From the NCBI RefSeq assembly GCF_032444005.1, contig NC_091289.1, positions 130,138,001 through 130,202,000 of the forward strand: a stretch of 64,000 nucleotides of DNA, written 5' to 3'. Source of the DNA: Ranitomeya imitator (taxonomy: Eukaryota). Positions 1 through 10,660 of this stretch are shown here, in pieces (within the stretch, counting starts at the first letter, position 1; each line of letters opens with the position of its first letter). A program made the translations under genes and the position numbers. The notes beneath the pieces are model-generated. The model was given only the letters and a program-made list of their open reading frames with translations. It was not told where the DNA came from and ran no database searches.

Positions 1-2430
1 TGTAGGCAATTTTAAATTGGTTCCAGGGGTACACGGACAGCAGTGGTGTGGTCAGTGGAGGCCTAGTGGAAGGAGTGACCGCAGACAGGCATCGAAGGCC
101 TAAAATAATAACACATGGCTGTAGGCAATTTTAAATTGGTTCCAGGGGTACACGGACAGCAGTGACCTGGTCAGTGTAGTAGTAGTTGAAAGAATGGACC
201 GCAGACAGGCATCGAAGGCCTAAAATAAAAAAATTGGGCTGGCTGTAGGCAATTTTAAATTGGTTCCAGGGGTACACGGGCAGCAGTGACCTGGTCAGTG
301 TAGTAGTAGTTGAAAGAATGGACCGCAGACAGGCTTAGAAGGCCTAACATAACAAACTTGGGCTGGCTGTAGGCACTTTTAAATTGGTTCCAGGGGTACA
401 CGGGCAGCAGTGGTCTGGTCAGTGGAAGTCTAGTGGAAGGAGTGACCGCAGACAGGCTTCCAAGGCCTAACATAACAAACTTGGGCTGGCTGTAGGCACT
501 TTTAAATTGGTTCCAGGGGTACACGGGCAGCAGTGGTCTGGTCAGTGGAAGTCTAGTGGAAGGAGTGACCGCAGACAGGCTTCCAAGGCCTAACATAACA
601 AACTTGGGCTGGCTGTAGGCACTTTTAAATTGGTTCCAGGGGTACACGGGCAGCAGTGGTCTGGTCAGTGGAAGTCTAGTGGAAGGAGTGACCGCAGACA
701 GGCTTCCAAGGCCTAACATAACAAACTTGGGCTGGCTGTAGGCACTTTTAAATTGGTTCCAGGGGTACACGGGCAGCAGTGGTCTGGTCAGTGGAAGTCT
801 AGTGGAAGGAGTGACCGCAGACAGGCTTCCAAGGCCTAACATAACAAACTTGGGCTGGCTGTAGGCACTTTTAAATTGGTTCCAGGGGTACACGGGCAGC
901 AGTGGTCTGGTCAGTGGAAGTCTAGTGGAAGGAGTGACCGCAGACAGGCTTCCAAGGCCTAACATAACAAACTTGGGCTGGCTGTAGGCACTTTTAAATT
1001 GGTTCCAGGGGTACACGGGCAGCAGTGGTCTGGTCAGTGGAAGTCTAGTGGAAGGAGTGACCGCAGACAGGCTTCCAAGGCCTAACATAACAAACTTGGG
1101 CTGGCTGTAGGCACTTTTAAATTGGTTCCAGGGGTACACGGGCAGCAGTGGTCTGGTCAGTGGAAGTCTAGTGGAAGGAGTGACCGCAGACAGGCTTCCA
1201 AGGCCTAACATAACAAACTTGGGCTGGCTGTAGGCACTTTTAAATTGGTTCCAGGGGTACACGGGCAGCAGTGGTCTGGTCAGTGGAAGTCTAGTGGAAG
1301 GAGTGACCGCAGACAGGCTTCCAAGGCCTAACATAACAAACTTGGGCTGGCTGTAGGCACTTTTAAATTGGTTCCAGGGGTACACGGGCAGCAGTGGTCT
1401 GGTCAGTGGAAGTCTAGTGGAAGGAGTGACCGCAGACAGGCTTCCAAGGCCTAACATAACAAACTTGGGCTGGCTGTAGGCACTTTTAAATTGGTTCCAG
1501 GGGTACACGGGCAGCAGTGGTCTGGTCAGTGGAAGTCTAGTGGAAGGAGTGACCGCAGACAGGCTTCCAAGGCCTAACATAACAAACTTGGGCTGGCTGT
1601 AGGCACTTTTAAATTGGTTCCAGGGGTACACGGGCAGCAGTGGTCTGGTCAGTGGAAGTCTAGTGGAAGGAGTGACCGCAGACAGGCTTCCAAGGCCTAA
1701 CATAACAAACTTGGGCTGGCTGTAGGCACTTTTAAATTGGTTCCAGGGGTACACGGGCAGCAGTGGTCTGGTCAGTGGAAGTCTAGTGGAAGGAGTGACC
1801 GCAGACAGGCTTCCAAGGCCTAACATAACAAACTTGGGCTGGCTGTAGGCACTTTTAAATTGGTTCCAGGGGTACACGGGCAGCAGTGGTCTGGTCAGTG
1901 GAAGTCTAGTGGAAGGAGTGACCGCAGACAGGCTTCCAAGGCCTAACATAACAAACTTGGGCTGGCTGTAGGCACTTTTAAATTGGTTCCAGGGGTACAC
2001 GGGCAGCAGTGGTCTGGTCAGTGGAAGTCTAGTGGAAGGAGTGACCGCAGACAGGCTTCCAAGGCCTAACATAACAAACTTGGGCTGGCTGTAGGCACTT
2101 TTAAATTGGTTCCAGGGGTACACGGGCAGCAGTGGTCTGGTCAGTGGAAGTCTAGTGGAAGGAGTGACCGCAGACAGGCTTCGAAGGCCTAACATAACAA
2201 AATTGGGCTGGCTGTAGGCACTTTAAATTGGTTCCAGGGGTACATGGGCAGCAGTGTATGGTCAGTGGAAGTCTAGTGGAAGGAGTGACGGCAGACAGTC
2301 TTCGAAGGCCTAACATAACAAAATTGGGCTGACTGTAGGCACTTTTAAATTGGTTCCAGGGTAACACGGCCAGCAGTGGCCTGGTCAGTGTAGTAGTTGT
2401 AGAAAGAAGGGACCGCAGACAGGCTTCGAA
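1..2430. repeat. 123-bp tandem array in the 3' part of the hAT element
   Basis: Unit GGCTGGCTGTAGGCACTTTTAAATTGGTTCCAGGGGTACACGG... starts at 361, 484 ... 2083 (step 123). About 14 copies appear identical; copies at 1-360 and 2170-2430 are diverged. Confidence 0.97.
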
Positions 2431-2662
2431 GGCCTAACATAACAAAAATGTCAAAACAATGGTATTGTCAGTGCCAGGCATTGAAGGATGTCAGCGGCTA
2501 GACTACACATTGGTGAAGCTGTGAGAGATAATTTTGCTAGTGGTAGAGCACTGTTTGAGCTGGGGGGGGGAACTGTCTTGTGGCCGGCGGTACAGGCACA
2601 GGGCCCCTCATATTACAACGGTGTGTCTGACGTTGGGTGCGCACCACCACCGCCAGAGACAC

Positions 2663-2668
2663 TTTATT
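2663..2668 (-). terminator. Candidate poly(A) signal of the hAT transposase mRNA
   Basis: AATAAA on the minus strand about 240 nt downstream of the stop codon at 2907; motif match only. Confidence 0.35.
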
Positions 2669-2906
2669 GTACTATGAGGGACCCAGTGGCAGTGCCGTCG
2701 ACCAAAAGCGGCCACACCCACCTCTTCAGACAAACAGCACTCTCAAGGGTCCAAGCGCAAAGTGGCGATAGCACGGCCCCGTGTGGGGAGTTTGGCCATT
2801 TCGTGAGGTGGAAACATGTCGTATGCTGGACAATCAGGTGAAGAAAATTACGAGATTGGAAAAGTCATTCAGAATAGTCCACAGGCAAGACCTTTTCATA
2901 GGAAAG

Positions 2907-5900
2907 CTAGGTGTCAGCCGGGCAGGGTGGGGCAAAAGATTTTGAAATCCAGTTGTGGTTCATTTTAATGAAGGTTAGATCATCTACATTTTGGGTAGCC
3001 AGACGAGTCCTTTTTTCTGTTAGTATTGAACCTGCAGCACTGAATACTCTTTCTGATAGGACACTAGCTGCCGGGCAAGCAAGCTCCTGCAATGCATATT
3101 CTGCCAATTCTGGCCAGGTGTCTAATTTGGATGCCCAGTAATCAAATGGGAATGACGGTTGAGGGAGAACGTCGATAAGGGATGAAAAATAGTTTGTAAC
3201 CATACTGGACAAATGTTGTCTCCTGTCACTTTGAATTGATGCTGCAGTACCTGTCCTGTCTGCGGTCATAGAAAAATCACTCCACAACCTGGTCAGAAAA
3301 CCCCTCTGTCCAACGCCACTTCTGATTTCTGCCCCTTTAACACCTCTGGTCTGCTGGCCCCTGGAGCTCGTGTGAGAACGATCACGGGCGCTGTGTGCAG
3401 GGAATGCCAGAAGCAAACGGTCAACAAGAGTTGATTGTTTTGTTGCTAATATTAGTTCCAAGTTCTCATGTGGCATAATATTTTGCAATTTGCCTTTATA
3501 GCGAGGATCAAGGAGGCAGGCCAACCAGTAATCGTCATCGTTCATCATTTTTGTAATGCGTGTGTCCCTTTTGAGGATACGCAAGGCATAATCCGCCATG
3601 TGGGCCAAAGTTCCCGTTGTCAAATCTGCGGTTGTGCTTGGTTGAGGGGCAGTTGCAGGCAAATCTACGTCACTTGTGTCCCTCAAAAAACCAGAACCCG
3701 GCCTTGCCACGCCACCAATTTCCCGTGCCCCCGGGAAAGCTTCCTCATTAAAAATATACTCATCCCCATCATCCTCCTCATCCTCCACCTCCTCTTCGCC
3801 CGGTACCTCGTCATGTACACTGCCCTGACCAGACAATCGCTGACTGTCATCAAGGCTTTCCTCTTCCTCTGGTGCAGACGCCTGATCCTTTATGTGCGTC
3901 AAACTTTGCATCAGCAGACGCATTAGGGGGATGCTCATGCTTATTATGGCGTTGTCTGCACTAACCAGCCGTGTGCATTCCTCAAAACACTGAAGGACTT
4001 GACACATGTCTTGAATCTTCGACCACTGCACACCTGACAACTCCATGTCTGCCATCCTACTGCCTGCCCGTGTATGTGTATCCTCCCACAAAAACATAAC
4101 AGCCCGCCTCTGTTCGCACAGTCTCTGAAGCATGTGCAGTGTTGAGTTCCACCTTGTTGCAACGTCTATGATTAGGCGATGCTGGGGAAGGTTCAAAGAA
4201 CGCTGATAGGTCTGCATACGGCTGGAGTGTACAGGCGAACGGCGGATATGTGCGCAAAGTCCACGCACTTTGAGGAGCAGGTCGGATAACCCCGGATAAC
4301 TTTTCAGGAAGCACTGCACCACCAGGTTTAAGGTGTGAGCCAGGCAAGGAATGTGTTTCAGTTGGGAAAGGGAGATGGCAGCCATGAAATTCCTTCCGTT
4401 ATCACTCACTACCTTGCCTGCCTCAAGATCTACAGTGCCCAGCCACGACTGCGTTTCTTGCTGCAAGAACTCGGACAGAACTTCCGCGGTGTGTCTATTG
4501 TCGCCCAAACACTTCATAGCCAATACAGCCTGCTGACGTATGCCAGTAGCTGCCCCATAATGGGAGACCTGGTGTGCAACAGTGGCAGGTGCGGATGGAG
4601 TGTTTGTGCGACTGCGGTCTGTGGACGAGCTCTTGCTTCTGCAGGAGGACGAGGAGGAGGAGGAGGAGGGGGTGCGAACGGCTACAGACAACTGTTTACT
4701 AGACCGTGGGCTAGGCAGAACTGTCCCAAACTTGCTGTCCCCTGTGGACCCTGAATCCACCACATTTACCCAGTGTGCCGTGATGGACACGTAACGTCCC
4801 TGGCCATGCCTACTGGTCCATGCATCTGTTGTCAGGTGCACCTTTGTGCTCACAGATTGCCTGAGTGCATGGACGATGCGCTCTTTAACATGCTGGTGGA
4901 GGGCTGGGATGGCTTTTCTGGAAAAAAAGTGTCGACTGGGTAGCTCGTAGCGTGGTACAGCGTAGTCCATCAGGTCTTTGAAAGCTTCGCTTTCAACTAA
5001 CCGGTAGGGCATCATCTCTAACGAGATTAGTCTAGCTATGTGGGCGTTCAAACCCTGTGTACGCGGATGCGAGGCTAAGTATTTCCTTTTTCTAACCATA
5101 GTCTCATGTAGGGTGAGCTGGACTGGAGAGCTGGAGATCGTGGAACTAGCGGGGGTGCCGGTGGACATGGCAGACTGAGAGACGGTGGGAGATGGTATTG
5201 TTGCCGCCGGTGCCCTAGATGCAGTGTTTCCTACTACGAAACTGGTGATTCCCTGACCCTGACTGCTTTGGCCTGGCAAAGATACCTGCACAGATACAGC
5301 AGGTGGTGCGCTAAATGGTGGTCCTACACTGCCGGAAGGGATGTTGCGTTGATGACTAGCTTCATTGGCCGAGGGTGCAACAACCTTAAGGGACGTTTGG
5401 TAGTTAGTCCAAGCTTTCAAATGCATGGTGGTTAAATGTCTATGCATGCAACTAGTATTGAGACTTTTCAGATTCTGACCTCTGCTTAAGGAAGTAGAAC
5501 ATTTTTGACAGATGACTTTGCGCTGATCAATTGGATGTTGTTTAAAAAAATGCCAGACTGCACTCTTTCTAGCATCGGATACCTTTTCAGGCATTGCAGA
5601 CTGAGCTTTAACCGGATGGCCACGCTGTCCTCCACCAGGTTTTGGCTTTGCCACGCGTTTTGGGCAAGATACGGGCCCGGCAGATGGAACCTGTGGCGAT
5701 GTTGATGCCTGCTGCGGCCCCTCCTCCTCCTCTGCTTCAGAACTGCTGCCGCCTGCACCCTGTTCCCCCAATGGCTGCCAATCGGGGTCAAGAACTGGGT
5801 CATCTAATAACTCTTCTTGTACCTCCTGCGCAACTTCGTCTGTGTCACCGTGTCGTTCGGTGGTATAGCGTTCGTGATGGGGCAACATAGTCTCATCAGG

Positions 5901-6482
5901 GTCTGATTCTTGATCAGCACCCTGCGAGGGCAATGTTGTGGTCTGAGTCAAAGGACCAGCATAGTAGTCTGGCTGTGGCTGTGCGTCAGTGCACTCCATG
6001 TCAGATTCAATTTGTAATGGGCATGGACTGTTAACTGCTTCACTTTCTAAGCCAGGGACGGTATGTGTAAAGAGCTCCATGGAGTAACCCGTTGTGTCGC
6101 CTGCTGCATTCTTCTCTGTTGTTGTTTTTGCTGAAGAGGACAAGGAAGTGACTTGTCCCTGACCGTGAACATCCACTAACGACGCGCTGCTTTTACTTTT
6201 ACCAGTTTCACGAGATGAGGCAAAAGAGCTAGAGGCTGAGTCAGCAAGATAAGCCAAAACTTGCTCTTGCTGCTCCGGCTTTAAAAGCGGTTTTCCTAAT
6301 CCCAGAAAAGGGAGCGTTCGAGGCCTTGTGTAGCCGGACGACGAACCTGGCTCCACAGCTCCAGACTTAGGTGCAATATTTTTTCCCCCACGACCACCTG
6401 ATGCTCCACCACTACCACTACCCTCATTACCAGCTGACAATGAACGCCCCCGGCCACGACCTCTTCCACTAGACTTCCTCAT
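2907..6482 (-). CDS. hAT transposase, 1191 aa, with BED zinc finger, RNase H-like DDE core and C-terminal dimerisation domain (ZBED-like)
   Basis: BED finger VWHFF...CQKC...MHRHLTTMH; catalytic motifs LTTDAWTS, VSDNG, CLAH (CxxH), DVATRWNST, SERVFSAAG; FDYW..K...WPELA..A..ELACPAAS dimerisation motif. Uninterrupted ORF, ATG in AAAACAATGA context. Confidence 0.95.
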   Translation of the reverse strand: MRKSSGRGRGRGRSLSAGNEGSGSGGASGGRGGKNIAPKSGAVEPGSSSGYTRPRTLPFLGLGKPLLKPEQQEQVLAYLADSASSSFASSRETGKSKSSASLVDVHGQGQVTSLSSSAKTTTEKNAAGDTTGYSMELFTHTVPGLESEAVNSPCPLQIESDMECTDAQPQPDYYAGPLTQTTTLPSQGADQESDPDETMLPHHERYTTERHGDTDEVAQEVQEELLDDPVLDPDWQPLGEQGAGGSSSEAEEEEGPQQASTSPQVPSAGPVSCPKRVAKPKPGGGQRGHPVKAQSAMPEKVSDARKSAVWHFFKQHPIDQRKVICQKCSTSLSRGQNLKSLNTSCMHRHLTTMHLKAWTNYQTSLKVVAPSANEASHQRNIPSGSVGPPFSAPPAVSVQVSLPGQSSQGQGITSFVVGNTASRAPAATIPSPTVSQSAMSTGTPASSTISSSPVQLTLHETMVRKRKYLASHPRTQGLNAHIARLISLEMMPYRLVESEAFKDLMDYAVPRYELPSRHFFSRKAIPALHQHVKERIVHALRQSVSTKVHLTTDAWTSRHGQGRYVSITAHWVNVVDSGSTGDSKFGTVLPSPRSSKQLSVAVRTPSSSSSSSSCRSKSSSTDRSRTNTPSAPATVAHQVSHYGAATGIRQQAVLAMKCLGDNRHTAEVLSEFLQQETQSWLGTVDLEAGKVVSDNGRNFMAAISLSQLKHIPCLAHTLNLVVQCFLKSYPGLSDLLLKVRGLCAHIRRSPVHSSRMQTYQRSLNLPQHRLIIDVATRWNSTLHMLQRLCEQRRAVMFLWEDTHTRAGSRMADMELSGVQWSKIQDMCQVLQCFEECTRLVSADNAIISMSIPLMRLLMQSLTHIKDQASAPEEEESLDDSQRLSGQGSVHDEVPGEEEVEDEEDDGDEYIFNEEAFPGAREIGGVARPGSGFLRDTSDVDLPATAPQPSTTADLTTGTLAHMADYALRILKRDTRITKMMNDDDYWLACLLDPRYKGKLQNIMPHENLELILATKQSTLVDRLLLAFPAHSARDRSHTSSRGQQTRGVKGAEIRSGVGQRGFLTRLWSDFSMTADRTGTAASIQSDRRQHLSSMVTNYFSSLIDVLPQPSFPFDYWASKLDTWPELAEYALQELACPAASVLSERVFSAAGSILTEKRTRLATQNVDDLTFIKMNHNWISKSFAPPCPADT

Positions 6483-6689
6483 TGTTTTAAAAACGTAACC
6501 AAACTAACGTTATTTGTTGCAGTCACACAACTTACACGGTGAGCTATAACTTCAGTATGATTTAGCTACCCCTTTACAGGTTGGTGAGACCACAGCGAAA
6601 ATCAGGCCCAATGTTACACACTCTTTTTTTGGTGGCTGCAAATTAGAGAGATGCCCCACACGCAGGACTGTCACTGAAGCACAAATGTT

Positions 6690-7066
6690 AATATTAATGT
6701 CACACTATTATTTTTTTTTTATTTTTATTTTTTTCAGGAACACTTTAGAAACCCCCCCCAAAAAAAAAAATAGATTTTTGCAGGGAGAATTTAGAAAACA
6801 AATGTAACAAACTATATGCTTTCTATGGGCCACTGAGTGAGAGATGACGCACACAGGAATCAGGAGTGGCACACAAGCCCAGAGGCCAATATTTTTCTAC
6901 CAATGATTGATGGAGTTATTTTCTCTGGTAGATTTTGGAACCCAAATCAAGGGAAAAAAATGTAGGCTTTCTATGGACCACAATTGGAGAGAGAGAGAGA
7001 GAGAGATGGCACACCCAGGAGTCAAGACTGGCACACAAGCAGAAAGGCCAATATTAATCTCCCACT

Positions 7067-7100
<34 letters not shown>

Positions 7101-7388
7101 CAGGGAGACTTTAGAAAAAAAAATAATAAAAAAAATATGATTTTATCAGGAAGAATTTAGAAACCAAATAAAATAAAATGATTTTTTCAGGGAGAATTTA
7201 TAAAACAAATAAAAACAAAAATAGGCGTTCTATGGCCCACTGACTGAGAGATGACGCACACAGGAGTCAGGAGTGGCACACAAACCCAGAGGCCAATATT
7301 TTTCTACCAATGATTGATGTAGTTATTTTCTCTGGTAGATTTTAGAACCCAAATCAAGGAAAAAAAATATAGGCTTTCTATGGACCAC

Positions 7389-7449
<61 letters not shown>

Positions 7450-8071
7450 CACCCAGGAGTCAAGACTGGCACACAAGCAGAAAGGCCAATATTAATCTCC
7501 CACTGTTTTTTTTGGTTGTTTTTTTTTTTTTTTTTTTCAGGGAGACTTTAGAAAAAAAAATAATAAAAAAAATATGATTTTATCAGGAAGAATTTAGAAA
7601 CCAAATAAAATAAAATGATTTTTTCAGGGAGAATTTATAAAACAAATAAAACCAAAAATAGGCGTTCTATGGCCCACTGACTGAGAGATGACGCACCCAG
7701 GAGTCAAGACTGGCACACAAGCAGAAAGGCCAATATTAATCTCCCACTGTTTTTTTTGTTTGGTTTTTTTTTTTTTTTTTCAGGGAGACTTTAGAAAAAA
7801 AAATAATAAAAAAAATATGATTTTATCAGGAAGAATTTAGAAACCAAATAAAATAAAATGATTTTTTCAGGGAGAATTTATAAAACAAATAAAAACAAAA
7901 ATAGGCGTTCTATGGCCCACTGACTGAGAGATGACGCACACAGGAGTCAGGAGTGGCACACAAACCCAGAGGCCAATATTTTTCTACCAATGATTGATGT
8001 AGTTATTTTCTCTGGTAGATTTTAGAACCCAAATCAAGGAAAAAAAATATAGGCTTTCTATGGACCACAAT

Positions 8072-8138
<67 letters not shown>

Positions 8139-10020
8139 CACCCAGGAGTCAAGACTGGCACACAAGCAGAAAGGCCAATATTAATCTCCCACTGTTTTTT
8201 TTGGTTGTTTTTTTTTTTTTTTTTTCAGGGAGACTTTAGAAAAAAAAATAATAAAAAAAATATGATTTTATCAGGAAGAATTTAGAAACCAAATAAAATA
8301 AAATGATTTTTTCAGGGAGAATTTATAAAACAAATAAAACCAAAAATAGGCGTTCTATGGCCCACTGACTGAGAGATGACGCACCCAGGAGTCAAGACTG
8401 GCACACAAGCAGAAAGGCCAATATTAATCTCCCACTGTTTTTTTTGGTTGTTTTTTTTTTTTTTTTTTCAGGGAGACTTTAGAAAAAAAAATAATAAAAA
8501 AAATATGATTTTATCAGGAAGAATTTAGAAACCAAATAAAATAAAATGATTTTTTCAGGGAGAATTTAGAAAACAAATAAAACCAAAAATATGCGTTCTA
8601 TGGCCCACTGACTGAGAGAGAGAGAGAGATGGAACGCTTAGTACTGGCACACAAGCCCAAAGGGCAATATTAATCTCCCTTTTTTTTTCCAGGGAGAATT
8701 TCTGAAACCCAAAAAAAAAATAAAATAGGCTTTCTATGGCCCACTATTTGTGAGAGAGATGGGACGCTCAGGACTGGCACAGATGGCACGCTCAGGACTG
8801 GCACAGAAGCCCAGAGGCCAATATTAATCTCCCTTTTTTTCTGGGAGAATTTATAAAACCAAAAAAATATTTAAATAGGCTTTCTATGGCCCACTATTTG
8901 TGAGAGAGATGGCACGCTCAGGACTGGCACAGATGGCACGCTCACAACTGGCACACAAGCCCAGAGGCCAATATTAATCTCCCTTTTTTCAGGGAGAATT
9001 TCTAAAACCCAAAAAAAAAATAAAATAGGCTTTCTATGGCCCACTATTTGTGAGAGAGATGGGACGCTCAGGACTGGCACAGATGGCACGCTCAGGACTG
9101 GCACAGAAGCCCAGAGGCCAATATTAATCTCCCTTTTTTTCTGGGAGAATTTATAAAACCAAAAAAATATTTAAATAGGCTTTCTATGGCCCACTATTTG
9201 TGAGAGAGATGGCACGCTCAGGACTGGCACAGATGGCACGCTCACAACTGGCACACAAGCCCAGAGGCCAATATTAATCTCCCTTTTTTCAGGGAAAATT
9301 GATAAAACAAAAAAAAAAATTAAATAGGCTTTCTATGGCCCACTATTTGTGAGAGAGATGGCACGCTCAGGGCTGGCTGGCACAGATGGCACGCTCAGGA
9401 CTGGCACACAAGCCCAGAGGCCAATATTAATCTCCCTTTTTTTCTGGGAGAATTTATAAAACCAAAAAAATATTTAAATAGGCTTTCTATGGCCCACTAT
9501 TTGTGAGAGAGATGGCACGCTCAGGACTGGCACAGATGGCACGCTCACAACTGGCACACAAGCCCAGAGGCCAATATTAATCTCCCTTTTTTCAGGGAAA
9601 ATTTATAAAACAAAAAAAAAAATTAAATAGGCTTTCTATGGCCCACTATTTGTGAGAGAGATGGCACGCTCAGGGCTGGCACAGATGGCACGCTCAGGAC
9701 TGGCACACAAGCCCAGAGGCCAATATTAATCTCCCTTTTTTTCAGGGAGAATTTATAAAACCAAAAAAAAAAATAAATAGGCTTTCTATGGCCCACTATT
9801 TGTGAGAGAGATGGCACACTCAGGACTGGCACACAAGCCCAAAGGCCAATATTAATCTCCCACTGTATTTTTATCAGGGAGAATTTATACACCCCACAAA
9901 AAAAAATACAGAAAAATGAAAAGGCTTTCTATGGCCCACTATGTGAGAGAGATGGCACACACAGGGATGGCACTCTAGCAGAAATGCCAAATTGACAATC
10001 TTAATCTCCCACCAAAAAAA
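6690..10020. repeat. Complex hierarchical tandem repeats between the hAT promoter and the transposase ATG
   Basis: Recurrent modules GGCTTTCTATGGCCCACT, ACTGGCACACAAGC, GGCCAATATTAATCTCCC and CAGGGAGAATTT, separated by variable (GA)n, poly-T and poly-A tracts. Larger units at 6.8-8.6 kb; ~120-bp units at 8.6-10.0 kb. Confidence 0.9.
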
Positions 10021-10053
10021 AAAAAAAAAAAAAAACAGGGAATGTCCTACAAT

Positions 10054-10147
10054 TACTATCTCCCTGCCTGCAGTAATCTCAGCCAGGTATGGCAGGCAGC
10101 TACTATCTCCCTGCCTGCAGTAATCTCAGCCAGGTATGGCAGGCAGC
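10054..10147. repeat. Exact 47-bp tandem duplication
   Basis: TACTATCTCCCTGCCTGCAGTAATCTCAGCCAGGTATGGCAGGCAGC at 10054 and 10101; each copy contains the inverted pair CTGCCTGC/GCAGGCAG (imperfect). Confidence 0.9.
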
Positions 10148-10499
10148 AATAAGGAGTGGACTGATGCACAAATGAAATAAAAAGTGTGGACAAACAAAAA
10201 AGATAGCTGTGCAGAAAGGAAGGAACAAGAGGATTTGTGCTTTGAAAAAAGCAGTTGGTTTGCACAGCGGCGTACACACAGCAATGCAGCTATCAGGGAG
10301 CCTTCTAGGCAGCCCAATGAGCTACAGCGCTGAGGGGAAAAAAAAAAAAAAAAAAAATTCCACTGTCCCTGCACACCGAGGGTGGTGTTGGACAGTGCAA
10401 ATCGCTGCAGCACAAGCGGTTTTGTGGTTAATGGACCCTGCCTAACGCTATCCCTGCTTCTGACAAAGCGGCAGCAACCTCTCCCTAAGCTCAGATCAG

Positions 10500-10660
10500 C
10501 AGCAGTAAGATGGCGGTCGGCGGGAACGCCTCTTTATAGCCCCTGTGACGTCGCAGACAGCAAGCCAATCACTGCAATGCCCTTCTCTAAGATGGTGGGG
10601 ACCAGGACCTATGTCATCACGCTGCCCACACTCTGCGTTTACCTTCATTGGCTGAGAAAT
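10500..10660 (-). promoter_or_regulatory. Internal Pol II promoter of the hAT element
   Basis: Minus-strand TATAAA at 10533-10538, CCAAT boxes at 10565-10569 and 10647-10651, CRE-like TGACGTC at 10546-10552, YY1 consensus AAGATGGCGG at 10507-10516 near the expected TSS; CpG-rich; faces the transposase. Confidence 0.65.

Noticed and set aside
255-2195. 646-aa ORF as a real protein gene
   Set aside because: It is a translation of a 123-bp tandem repeat downstream of the transposase poly(A) candidate, and an open frame is likely by chance.
1-2430. CRISPR-like array (also considered for 42255-46309 and 52437-52805)
   Set aside because: Units are head-to-tail with no unique spacers, there are no cas genes, and the context is a vertebrate intron.
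3468-5890. Antisense and overlapping ORFs within the hAT, CR1, Tc1 and pol genes
   Set aside because: Shadow frames of real coding sequence.
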